In this document: positions 13,816-25,866 of the stretch, piece after piece
How the letters are laid out: each line of letters opens with the position of its first letter
How positions within the stretch are numbered: the stretch's first letter is position 1
Assembly: GCF_009914755.1 (NCBI RefSeq)
Contig: NC_060927.1
Direction: 5' to 3' (one strand)
Length of the DNA: 64,000 nucleotides
DNA from: the human T2T-CHM13v2.0 reference genome, Homo sapiens
Translations under genes and position numbers: made by a program
The notes under the pieces: generated by a model
Database searches by the model: none
The model's input: only the letters and a program-made list of their open reading frames with translations
Told to the model about the DNA's origin: nothing

Positions 13816-13944
13816 TTATTTATGCTGAATGTACTTCAAAAACGCATGGATTTCCTTATGTCCAGACAGTAATGCCACTATGATTGTGTGCCAGTCAGGC
13901 TCACCTATATATAAACTCACTAAATGTACCCAAATGTACCCATA

Positions 13945-14095
13945 ATATGAGGGTATATTAATAGATATAATTCCCAATTTTCAGAAGAGAAAACTGAAGG
14001 CTATGTGATTTCCATCACTAGTAAGTAGAAAATTTAGGATTAGAAACCAAATCTTTTTTTTAACCCCAAATCCCTTCTTTTTTTATGCTGCATAG
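13945..14095 (-). mobile_element. MIR SINE fragment
   Basis: Core attttcagaagagaaaactgaaggct...ctagtaagtag...aggattagaaaccaa. Confidence 0.65.
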
Positions 14096-16374
14096 CTTCC
14101 TTGCTATGTCCCTGGCAAACATATAGAAAAAGGAAAAGGAAGGGGGAGGCAGGGGAGTGAAAGACATTTTCTGTAGTAATGGCAGGGATTTTTAAAAGGG
14201 CAGTTTGAGAAGTGGTGCATGTGCACTTAACATAATTACTTAGACGTATAATTTAGTAAGTTACCTGGAAAAGGGTGACAGAAAAACATATGCTGGTGGC
14301 ATATTCCATTGCACCAGCCACATTATATGCAACTGCTCACTGCTATGACTGATGGGAGAAGAAATGACATCTCTAAATGGGCATCTCTAAATGTATTAAT
14401 AGAATGCTCTTTAAATCAGGTGCTGGTATAGTTGGGCATACCTTTAATATATAAAAGAGAAAGAAATATGTTTTTGGTTTGTTTAAATGTTAAATGTGAT
14501 AGAATGGTTCTCCATTTCAGAGACAGCCAGCAGGTAGCCTGTCAGAGCACTTCAAGAGTGTGACAGCTGTGAGTCAGACAGGAAACTGGCAGGGATAAGT
14601 ACGGTCTGAAAGAATATAGCTTTCAGATAAAGAGTGGCCTTTTCAGAGATTAAAAAAACTGTATAGTATCGAAGACAAGTAAAACTCTCTAAACCAATAG
14701 AGAGTTTGATGAACATAAAAGATTTGACATATTTCTGACAGGCATGTCAAAGAATTAAACATAGCAAACAAGAATAAGTAGATAAATATATGATTTAATT
14801 GTAAGAAGGTTGTTTGTGACTTTATGTGTTTGACTGAGGGTACATTACTAAATTATTTACTAGTGTTGTTCATCATTATCTAAACATTAATAAATAAAAT
14901 AGTTTAAAAATAAACACTAGCCAGAATCCTGACAGAGATAGCACTACAGCCAGTTAACAAAGTTGAATAAGCCAGAATGATTAGAAAGCTGCTCATGTGA
15001 TGGCAAGGTCATGCAAAATAAACAACTCTTAGGAAGGAAATTAAAAGTATCACCAGGTGTTGCTTTCAAAAACCTTGAATTTTTGTCATACTTAGAGGGA
15101 TCATTTCTTTATAACCCATTATTTTCTGTAATAAGAGAACGGGGTGGGGGAATTAAAAACAGCAGATAATTCCATTTATTTTTAATATTTGGTCTAGAAA
15201 TCCATTACATTATTTTCATCATATTAAGTTTACACTTCTAATTAATTTTTAGCCTCATATTACTTAGTTTAAAGGAGATACAAAATTCACAAAATGTTAT
15301 CTCTTTTTTATTTCTCTTAGAAAAGCTCAGCTGAACACATTCTGCGTGAAAATGCACTCATTTTCATGTTTTAATTTCCTCCAAATCCATCACTGGAGCT
15401 GGGAAACTGTAATTTCCTTGTTACTCATGAGTGTGTGCATCCTCAAAGCCATAGGGCCCTCTGGTCCCAGAAGGCACAAGCCTACATCCCTCCCCATGGA
15501 GATCTGGTAGACAGCTTCTCTCTGCTCCTAAGCACTTCACTTGCCATTTTCTCCACCTTTGCATCCTCTGAGTCTTGCAGACATCAAACAATTTAGGCAT
15601 TTCCATAGCCTGACACTTCTAGAGAGATCAGTTTTTTAGAGAAACCTAACTTCTGAACTGAGGGTTGAGGTCCTGCGTAAGTGAACACCAAGATATGAGT
15701 GAATGTAAATTATGTAGCTAGTCCTAGGGAAAATTGACAAACCACAGTCTTTCGTACCAAGGGAAGAAGCTATGCCATTTTGGACTTATTTTTGTATTAA
15801 AAAAAAGGCTTAGGCAAATTTATTGGTGTCCCAACTGTGCCCAACATTACTTAAAGTGCTGATAGGTACAACTGATTATTCTATAAGCAATTCTTTTCTG
15901 AAGTATAAATGGGGAAATTAGACAAATATTTACTTTTGTTATGGATTAACAATTCCCCAAAGTACTTGCTCTTCATCCTCTAATTATCCCTTTTAAGTGA
16001 ACCTGCTATGGGTAAATGCAGAAAGTTGAAGCAACAAAACATAAGTGGAAATTGGGACAGCAGCCCAGTAATTAGACTGATTTCCACTGGTGGTCAAAAT
16101 GGTCAGAGAACTAAGTGCTGCTAAAGTGAGAAGGCGAGTAAGAAAGTAGCCAGACACCCACAGTCTCTCAGGAGGACTGACCCAAGCGAGGTAAGCATTG
16201 AAACCACAGGGTCCTGGAACCCAGGACAATAGAGAATAGCTTTGTGCCAAAGTAACCCTACTCACACTAAGTCTATTATGGAAGATGGCAGTGATGCCCT
16301 CTTCACAGATAGTCTGTGATGGCTATGCTGTGTGAGTTGTGGAGCACCTCAAAATATATTTCAGTAATGTGAGG

Positions 16375-16545
16375 AAAGATAAATAAATATATGAAAAAAG
16401 AGGAAAGAAAGAAAGAGAGAAAGGAAGGAAAAGAGAGAAGAAGGGAACAAGGGAGGAATGTAGAAAACAGAGCTATATACATAAGGAAAGACATAAAGAC
16501 AGGCAAAGAATAAATGAAAGGAAGAAAGATGAGAAGGAGGGAACG
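16375..16545. repeat. GA-rich low-complexity tract
   Basis: Purine-rich run (gaaagaaagaaagagagaaaggaaggaaa...). Confidence 0.8.
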
Positions 16546-16689
16546 TATTGAGAGTTTATTATTATACTAATTATACTTTACATATATCTACTGCACATTA
16601 CATACATCTACCCTAGAGGTAGTTACTATTATTATCACCATATAAATAAACTGAGGCGTTAGTAGGTTGAGAAACTCCTTTATGCTCTC

Positions 16690-18978
16690 TTACATGGTTT
16701 GGCTGTGTCCCCATTCAAATCTCAACTTGAATTGTATCTCCCAGAATTCCCACGTGTTGTGGGAGGGACCCGGGGGAGGTAATTGAATCATCAGGGCCAG
16801 TCTTTCCCTTATTATTCTTGTGATAGTGAATAAGTCTCACAAGATCTGATGGGTTTATCAGGGGTTTCTACTTTTGCTTATTCTTTATTTTCTCTTGCTG
16901 CCACTATGTAAGAAGTGCCTTTCACCTCCCACCATGATTCTGAGGCCTCCCCAGCCATGTGAAACTATAAGTCCAAATAAACCTCTTTTTCTTCCCAGTC
17001 TCAGGTATGTCTTTATCAGCAGCATGAAAACAAGCTAATACAGTAAATTGGTACCAGTAGAGTGGGGTGTTGCTGAAAAGATACCAAAAAATGTGGAAGC
17101 AACTTTGGAACTAGGTAACAGGCAGAGGTTGGAACAGTTTGGGGGGCTCAGAAGAAGACATGAAAATGTGGGAAAATTTGGAACTTCCTAGAGACTTGTT
17201 GAATGGTTTTGCTCAAAATGCTGATAGTGATATGGATAATAAGGTCCAGGCTGAGGTGGTCTCAGATGGAGATGAGGAACTTGTTGGGAACTGGAGTAAA
17301 AGTGACTCTTACTATGTTTTAGCAAAGAGACTGGCAGCATTTTGCCCCTGCCCTAGAGATTTGTGGAACGTTGAACTTGAGAGAGATAATTTAGGGTATC
17401 TGGTGGAAGAAATTTCTAAGCAACAAAGCATTCAAGAGGTGACTTGTGTGCTGTTAAAGGCATTCGGTTTTAGAAGGGAAGCAGAGCATAAAAGTTTGAA
17501 AAATGTGCAGCCTGACTATGTGACACAAAAGAAAAACCTTTTTCCTGGGGAGAAATTCAAACCAGCTGCAGAAATGTGCGTAAGTAGCAAAAAGCTTAAT
17601 GTTAATTTCCAAGACCATGGGGAAAATGTCTCTAGGCCATGTCAGAGACCTTCACAGCAGCCCCTCCCATCACAAGCCTGGAGGCCTAGGAGGAAGAAGT
17701 GGTTTCATGGGCCAGGCCCAGGGTCCCTGTGCTGGGTACAGCCTAGGGACTTGATGCCCTGTGTCCCAGCTGCTCCAGCCATGGCTGAAAGGGGCCAACT
17801 TACAGCTCGGGCTGTGGCTTCAGAGGGTGGAAGCCCCAAGCCTTGGCAGCTTCCACATAGTATTGAGCCTGCCAGTAAACAGAAGTCAAGAATAGTGGTT
17901 TGGGAACCTCCACCCAGATTTCAGAAGATGTATGGAAACGCCTTTTGCCCAGGCAAAAGTTTTCTACAGTGTTGGGGCCCTCATGGAGAACCTCTGCTAG
18001 GGCACTGCAGAAGGGAAATGTGGAGTTGGAGCCCCCACAGAGAGTCCCTACTGGGGCACTGCCTAGTGGAGCTGTGAGAAGAGGGGCACCATCCTCCAGA
18101 CCCCAGAATGGTAGGTAGATCCACCGACAGCTTGCACTGCGCACCTGGAAAAACTGCAGACACTCAATGCCAGTCTGTGAAAGCAGGCAGGAGGGGGGCT
18201 ATACCCTGCAAAGCCACAGGGGTGGAGCTGCCCAAGACCATGGGAACCCACCTCTTGCATCAGCATGACCTGGATGTGAGACTTGGAGTCAAAGGAGATC
18301 ATTCTGGAGCTTTAAAATTTGACTGCCCTGCAGGATTTTGGACTTGCATGGGCCCTGTAACCTCTTTGTTTTGGCCAATTTCTCCCATTTGGAATGACTG
18401 TATTTACCAAATACCTGTACCTGCATTGTATCTAGGGAGTAACTAGTTTGTTTTTGGTTTTACAGGCTCATAGGTAGAAGGGACTTGCCTTGTCTCAGAT
18501 GAGACTTTGGACTGTGGACTTTTGGGTTAATGCTGAAATGAGTTAAGACTTTGGGGGACTGTTGGGAAGGCATGATTGGTTTTGAAATGTGGGGACATGA
18601 GATTTGGAGGGGCCAGGGGCAGAATAATATGATTTGGCTGTGTCCCCATTCAAATCTCAACTTGAATTGTATCTTCCAGAATTCCCATGTGTTGTAGGAG
18701 GGACCTGGAAGGAGGTAATTGAATCATGGAGACCAGTCTTTCCTGTGCTATTCTCGTGATAGTGAATAACTCTCACGATATCTGATGGGCTTATCAGGGG
18801 TTTCCACTTTTGCTTCTCCCTCATTTTCTCTTGCCACCATCATGTAAGAAGTGTCTTTTGCCTCAACCCATGATTCTGAGGCCTCTCTAGCCATGTGGAA
18901 CTCTAAGTACAATTAAACCTCTTTTTCTTCCCAGTCTTTGGTATGTCTTTATCAACAGCATGAAAACAGAATAATACA
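16690..18978 (+). mobile_element. Full-length THE1A MaLR provirus: 5'LTR 16690-17042, internal 17043-18624, 3'LTR 18625-18978
   Basis: Two homologous ~353-bp LTRs (tggctgtgtccccattcaaatctcaacttgaattgtatc...taataca). Internal region starts gtaaattggtacc. Polypurine tract ggaggggccaggggcagaa lies directly before the 3'LTR. Confidence 0.96.
17139..18077 (+). pseudogene. THE1-int (MaLR) internal ORF remnant, 312 open codons with a frameshifted tail
   Basis: MWENLELPRDLLNGFAQNADSDMDNKVQAEVVSDGDEELVGNWSK... is the characteristic MaLR internal ORF. It leaves the canonical frame near QKMYGNA (~17945); the rest (ELEPPQRVPTGALPSGAVRRG) is in another frame. Confidence 0.85.
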
Positions 18979-19220
18979 TTCATACACCTGGTATGTGGTA
19001 AAGCAGAGGTTCAAATCCACAAAAATTACCTCCAGTGTAAACTAACTATAATATAATCAAATAAAAAGTACGTACTATACTAAATGTCTGAAAGCACAGA
19101 GGAGCAATCAATCTATTTCCTTGGACTCTCACAGTTAGTTATGGTTTGGGGCACATTTGATTGTCTATGTTTACATTTATTTGCTAATTAATTTATTTAT
19201 CTTATCCCTTTTTTTTGCAG

Positions 19221-19335
19221 AAAGAGCTATCACTACATGTTAACATGCTAATTTCCAGTAAGGACTAAAAATATTTAACACAAATCCTCTATTGTTTGTA
19301 AGGTGTGATTTTTGAGTTTAGATACATTTTCTAAG
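19221..19335 (+). other. Candidate non-coding exon (alternative donor after 19257)
   Basis: Very strong acceptor tttatcttatcccttttttttgcag| at 19220. Donors CCA|gtaagg (19257) and AAG|gtaagg (19335). The long form has stops in all frames. No transcript evidence available. Confidence 0.3.
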
Positions 19336-19479
19336 GTAAGGTGCTGCATTTATTTGATAATTCCTGATAAATGCACCTTCTAACTGATCCATATTTGACA
19401 TTCAGCAGCCATCCATTTTATATCTTTATCTCTAGCTTATGCAATTGAAATAGATGACATCTTACTTGGAGCTTTGTTT

Positions 19480-20112
19480 TTTTATATTTTAATTGAACTA
19501 CTTTAAATAGACATTATATGTAAATAGGGAAAATGCAAAGAGACAAAAACGTGTACCATAACATAGATATGTGTCCCCCCTACTACTGTCTCAGCCGTTC
19601 AGTTATATTTCCTAGAGGTTAAGGGTGTTTCCAATATTTAGTATATCCTACTGATGATATTCAATGCCTAGGCAAGCATGTGGAGATATAAATATAAACA
19701 TGCACACAGAAAATGATGACTTAATTGTTGTAAATTTTTTCACTTCATTGTATATCTAAAAAATTATTTCATTTTACTACATACAGAATTGCTTCATTCT
19801 TTTTAGTGCCCACGTGTAGTATTCCATTTAATGGATTAACATTAATTTGTTGATCACTCCCCTGTTGATAGATATTTGAATTGTTTCCATCCTGTGCTAT
19901 TGCAGACCATGTTATAATGCATATATTTGTATGGGTGTCATGTGGGACATATGAAAGTATATTTGTGGAATAAATTCCTAGAAATATAATTGCTGGATCA
20001 AAAGACATTTACATTTTATTTTTTGGAAAAGCTTTGTAGAATTGGCCTAACAGAGGTTGAGCCAGTTTACATTCCTTCAAGAATATAGTAGAGTAGCTAC
20101 TTCACCACACCG
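19480..20112 (-). mobile_element. L1ME 3' fragment
   Basis: gtagtattccatt...cccctgttgatagatatttgaattgtttcc...ttgctggatcaaaag; minus ORF FDPAIIFLGIYSTNI. Confidence 0.75.
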
Positions 20113-20129
20113 ATTTTCTCGTGATATAC

Positions 20130-20325
20130 AGCCACTCCCAAAATACTTAATAATTACGAAGGAAAAATTAATTTACAATGGAAAACTCTTGTATATATCA
20201 ACTTTATTAAGTAATTAAAAATAAAACCATCAGTTATGGGATAAATTAAAATAATGGACCACCTTATAAAGTGTAAAGATAAGAACACACTGTCAAATTT
20301 GTAATATCCTTGCCCAAAACAAGAT
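20130..20325 (+). mobile_element. L1MC/ME 3'UTR fragment
   Basis: cccaaaatacttaataattacgaaggaaaa...tttacaatggaaaac motif. Confidence 0.5.
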
Positions 20326-21103
20326 TCTGAAAAATGGAGAAAAGAGATAAAAGGTCAGGGAACTCAGGACCTGGGGAAGGACGTGATGTGGAGTTATATA
20401 GGTATGCTTTTGGCTCCATGTATCCCAGACTAGGAGCTGAAGAAGCTGATAATCTAGAAACACCAAGAGGAGCAGAAAAAAAAAAAAAAAGCACCTATCA
20501 AAGTCTGCTCTAGTTGAATGACCAGGATAGGGGCAGCCTAGCAAAACAAAATTATTAGACAGTAACCTCTCTACACTAGCCAAACACATCAGAATAATCT
20601 TTGACCCCATCCTACAAAGGCAGAGAGGAAAGCCTAGACTTTAATACCTGCTGGCCACTATTGACTCTCCCCTGACCCATGGTGTCAGTGGAAATCTTAT
20701 GGGGAGTCTGGACTTCCTTCCCACCCTGACCTGAAAGCTAGGAAGAACCCCTCTTCCTCCCTGCCTGGGTATATCAGAGGAGGCCTAGTGGAAAGTCAAA
20801 GCGTTCACCATCAGCCAACAGTAATGAGAGAGTCTACACCACAGCGTCAGTGGAGACCATGTCAAATGTCAGCACTCCACTGCCCCCCAACAGTAACTAG
20901 GAGCCCACTTCCCCTAGAGACTTAATGGAGACCAAGTGGAAAAAGTGGGTTTCTACCACCACTTCATAGTAACAAGGCGGTTCCTTCACCACTTGCCAAG
21001 CCATTATTAGAAAAAAACAGCTAAAACAAAAAGTTTAATAAGATCCAGAGTCTCATAACATAATACAAAATTTTTCAAGTTTTAATAAAATAATCATTCA
21101 TCA

Positions 21104-21231
21104 GGCTGAGCACAGTGGTTCATGCCTATTATCCCAACACTTTGGGAGGCTGAGGCTAAAGGACTGATTGAACTCAGGAGTTCAAGATCAGCCTGGGCAA
21201 CATAGTGAGACCTCATCTCTACAAAAAAAAA
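21104..21231 (+). mobile_element. FLAM_C-like Alu monomer followed by (TA)n
   Basis: ggctgagcacagtggttcatgcc...aggagttcaagatcagcctgggcaacatagtgagacctcatctctacaaaa. Confidence 0.9.
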
Positions 21232-22555
21232 TTATATATATATACACACACATATATATGTATACACATTTATTATGCCAAGAACTAGAAAGTCTCAAAG
21301 CAAGTTACAGACATAATCAACAGATGCCAAAACCACAATGACAGAAATGTTAGAATTATCTGACAAAGATTTTAAAACAACTATGATAAAATTGCCTCAA
21401 TGAACAATTGTGAACATGCTTCAAACAAAAGAAAAATTAGAAAGGCCAAGCAAAGAAATACAGTCACAATAAATATACAGAAGATATAAAGAAAAGCCAA
21501 ATAGAAATTTTAGATATGAAAAGTATAATAATGGAAATAAAAAATCAGTGGATGGACTTAACAGTAGAGTTGCCGCGGAGCAAGGGCATAGGAAACAATC
21601 AGTGAGCTGGGAGACAAATTAATAGAAATTACTCAATCAGAACAACAAAGAGAAAATAGACTGGGAAAAAGGAATGAACAGAGTCTCAAGGACCTGTGGG
21701 GCTATAACAAAAGACCTGACATTCATGTCATTGAAGTCCCCCAATTGGAGAGAGAAACAGTGGGGCTGTAAAAGTATGAAAAAATAAGACTGAAAACACC
21801 CCAAATTTGGCAAGAGAAATAAACCTATAGTTTCAAAATGCTAAGCAAACCCCAAACAGGAAAAACCTAAAAACATATATGCCAAGGTAAATCACAGCTG
21901 AATTTTGATAACTAAAGAAAGCAGAAAAAGTCTTGAAAACACCCAGAAAAAATGATGACCTATAGTACAAAACCAGAATGGTAGTGTATTTCTCATGAGA
22001 AACCATGGAGGCCACAAAGAAGTGGCACAATATTTTTCAAATGCTGAAAGGAAAGAACTATTAAGTCAGAATCTTCTACTGGCAAAATAAATATATTTTA
22101 GAAAGAAAGGGGAAACAAAGACATTTTCATGTGAAGAAAAACTAAGAGAATTTGTCACCAACAGACCTACCTTTATAAAAGTGGCTAAATGAATTTCTCT
22201 AAACAGAAATGAAACAGTACAATAAAGAACCTTGCAGTGTCAGCAAGGAAGAAAGAACATGGTTAGCAAAAACACTGGTAACTACAATAAGCTTATCTTC
22301 CATTAACTTTTCTAAATTATGTTTGTTGAAACAACAATCATACACTTTCTGATGTGGTTATAAATATACACACAGGAAGTACTTAAGACAATTATAGTAT
22401 GAGTGGGGAAGGGTAAACTGACATAAAGGGATTTAAGGGTTCTACACTTCACTTGAACTGCCAAAATGAGGACACTAGCAGATTGTGGAAAGTTACTTTA
22501 GTATAATACCTAAAGCTATAACCAACAAAGCTAAAGCTAAACAATTATCTAAATC

Positions 22556-22980
22556 TGTTATAATGTCCCCTCTAAAACTTATGCTGAAATTTAATTGCCA
22601 TTGTTAGTGCTGAGAGGTGGGACCTTTAAAAGGTGATTAGGTCCTGAGAGTTCTGCCTCATAAGTGGATTAATACCATTACCAAGGGAGAGGGTTAGTTA
22701 TTGCAGGAGTAGATTAGTTATCATGGGAGAAGGCTTCCAATAAAAGGATAAAGTTGGGCCCCCATCCTCTCTCTGTGTTACATACTCTTCCCTCTCTTGC
22801 TCTCTTTCACCATACAATGCCTTCTACCATTTTATGATGCAGCGGGAAGGTCCTCACCAGATGTGTCCTCAAAGTCTTGGACTTCCTAGCCTCCAGAACC
22901 ATGAGGCAAATAAATTTCCTTTTTATTAATTACCCAATCTGTTACATTCTGTTATAGCAGCATAAAATGGATTAATATGC
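22556..22980 (+). mobile_element. MST (MSTC/D-like) MaLR solo LTR
   Basis: aatgtcccctctaaaacttatgctgaaatttaattgcc...ttggacttcctagcctccagaaccatgag...ttatagcagca. Confidence 0.85.
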
Positions 22981-23919
22981 CATCTAAAAAGCACTGTAGA
23001 TAAATCAAAATGTAATTCTGAAAAAAAAAATTCTCCTAACCCAAAAGATAGCAGGATAACGAAAGATATAAAATAGCAAATTCAAAACAAAATATAAAAT
23101 GGTACACTTAAGCCTTTAAGATACTCATAATTACAATAAACTTATATGATGTAAGTGCACATAAGAATGGATTTAATCCATTGGAAGAAGGAATTTAAAA
23201 CCATGACATTACTCTATATTCTCTATAAGAAACTCACTTCAAGTATAATGATGTAAGTATATTGAAAGTAAAAGGATGAAAAAATATATGCAAATATTAA
23301 TCAAAGGAAAGCAACAGTAGTTATATTATTAAAATAGATTTCAAAGCAAAGAAACCAACCAAAGGCAGAGTATGTATATAATGATAAAACAGTCAATCCA
23401 CCAAGAAAGCATAGCAATCCTAAGTGTGTATGCATCAAACTACAGGTCTTTTAAATTTGTGAAGCGAAAACTATTAGAACTAAAAAATATCAACAAGTCC
23501 ACAATTATAGATGAATAATTACATGTTCTCTCTCAACAATTGATAGAACAACCAGACAGAAAATCAACTAGAACATAAAACAACTCAACATCAACCAACA
23601 GAATCTAATGAACAGTGATAAGACACTCCATCTAACAACAGCAGAATACACATTCTTTCCAAATGCCCACAGAATACAGGCCAAGAGAGACCATACTCTA
23701 AGCCATAAGACAAATTTCAAATAACTTAAAAGAATTAAAACTGTGCAAAGTATCTTCACTGACTGCTATAAAATTAAACTAGAAAGTAATAAAAAATAAA
23801 TGAGAGAAAAATATCCAAACACTTCTAAACTAAATACGTGTTTTAAAAATATCCATGGGTAAGAGGAATAATCAAAAAAAATTAGAAATACATTTAATTC
23901 AATTAAAATGAAAATAAAC

Positions 23920-24308
23920 GGTTATAGGATTAGTTCTGTCCCCCTAAAATTCCTGTGTTGAAGCTCTAACTCCTATTTTCTCAGAATGTGACTGTATTTA
24001 AGGATAGAATCTTTAAATAGGTAAGTAAGTTAAAATGAGTCCATTAAGGTGAGCCCTAATCCAAATGTGATTCATATTCTTATTGGAAGATGAGTTTTGG
24101 ACACAGACACACATACAAGGAGAAAGCTACGTGAACCTGATGTGGGCCATCTGTAAGCCAAGGAGGGAGGTTTCAGATAACACCAACCCCAGCGAGACCT
24201 TGATCTTCGACTTCTAGCCTCTGGAATTGTGAGAAAATAAATTTTTGTTGTTTAAGCCACCCAGTCTTTGGTACTTTGTTATGACAGTCCTAGAAAATGA
24301 ATGATACA
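23920..24308 (+). mobile_element. MLT1B-like MaLR solo LTR
   Basis: ctcagaatgtgactgtattt, ggccatctgtaagccaagg, tgagaaaataaatttttgttgtttaagccacccagtc. Confidence 0.88.
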
Positions 24309-25218
24309 ACAACATATCAAAGGTTGTGGGGACACACCCAAGTGGTGCTGAAAGTAAATTTATAGTACTGAATACATATATTAAAAAAGAGAAAAACTGT
24401 TAAGTCAAAAATGCAGTCTTTTCTTGAGAACTTAGAAAAAGAAAACGATAAACCTAAAGGAAACAAAATAAAAAAATGTTAAGAGCAGAAATCTATCAAA
24501 TTGTAAGGGGAGCAGGGAACAAACAAACAAAAAAAGAAAATTAATGATAAAAAGTAATGCTTGAATTTTTCTATAATAAAATACTTTTTAATTTAAAAAA
24601 GAGTGCAAGAAGAAATGTCAGTATAGATATTGAAGACATCAAAAGGATAAGTGAATACTACATAGAATACTACATACTTAAATTTGACAACCTACACAAA
24701 GTTGACCAGTTCTTCAAAAAAGCATAAATTGCTGCATCTCACCCAATATGAAATAGATAATATTAAGAGTCTTATAATATTAAGGATATTGAATTTATGC
24801 CTTTAACATTTTCAAAAAGAAATCTCCAGACCAAGATGGGGCCTGGCAAATTCTCTGAGACTTTTAGAGATAACACCAATTCAATACACTCCTTTTGAAA
24901 ATAAAATAAAACAGGAAGAAACACTTCCTGCCTAGATTGTATTAATCTGGTATTACCATGACACCAAAACCTAAAAAAGACAGTAAAAGAAATATAAAAC
25001 TACCAATATCTCTCGTGTATAGACATGCAAATTTAAGTATTAGCAAGTAGCATTCGACTATATTTTAAAAGAATTCTACACCATAACCAAGTGGGTAGAA
25101 TTCCAAAAGTGTAAGCTTGGTTCAATATTCAAAAATCAAACATTGTAACTTATTGTATTATCCATTTAAAAATTAAAAATCATATAATTATTACCAATTA
25201 TAATAAAAGCATTAATAA

Positions 25219-25574
<356 letters not shown>

Positions 25575-25636
25575 TGAAGGAACATTTTTAACTTGATAAG
25601 ACACACCCACAAAAAAATCATTAGCTAACACTGCAC

Positions 25637-25866
25637 AGATTTATAATTTTTTTCATTTTTAGTTTTTAAATTTTGTAGGTGTATATATTTTGGGGTACAT
25701 GAGATGCTTTGATACAGGAATGCACTGTGAAATAATCACATCATGTAGAATGAGGTATCCACCCCCTCAAGCATTTATCCTTTATGTTACAAACAATCCA
25801 ATTACACTCTTTTAGTTATCTTAAAATGTACAATTAAGGTGTTATTGACTATAGTCACCTTGTTGA
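25637..25866 (-). mobile_element. 5'-truncated L1MA (L1MA1/2-like) 3' end inserted in the older L1
   Basis: ggggtacatgagatgctttgatacagg...ctatagtcaccttgttg. TSD CTAACACTGCAC/CTAATACTGTAC (25625-36, 25867-78). Confidence 0.85.

Larger units (their letters stand above)
16545..19030 (-). mobile_element. MIR fragment split by the THE1A provirus (16545-16689 and 18979-19030)
   Basis: attatcaccatataaataaactgaggcgttag before the provirus; cacctggtatgtggtaaagcagaggttcaaatcc after it. Confidence 0.55.

Noticed and set aside
17139-18660. 312-aa ORF and overlapping ORFs as a host protein-coding gene
   Set aside because: They lie entirely within THE1A internal sequence and correspond to the MaLR ORF and its alternative frames.
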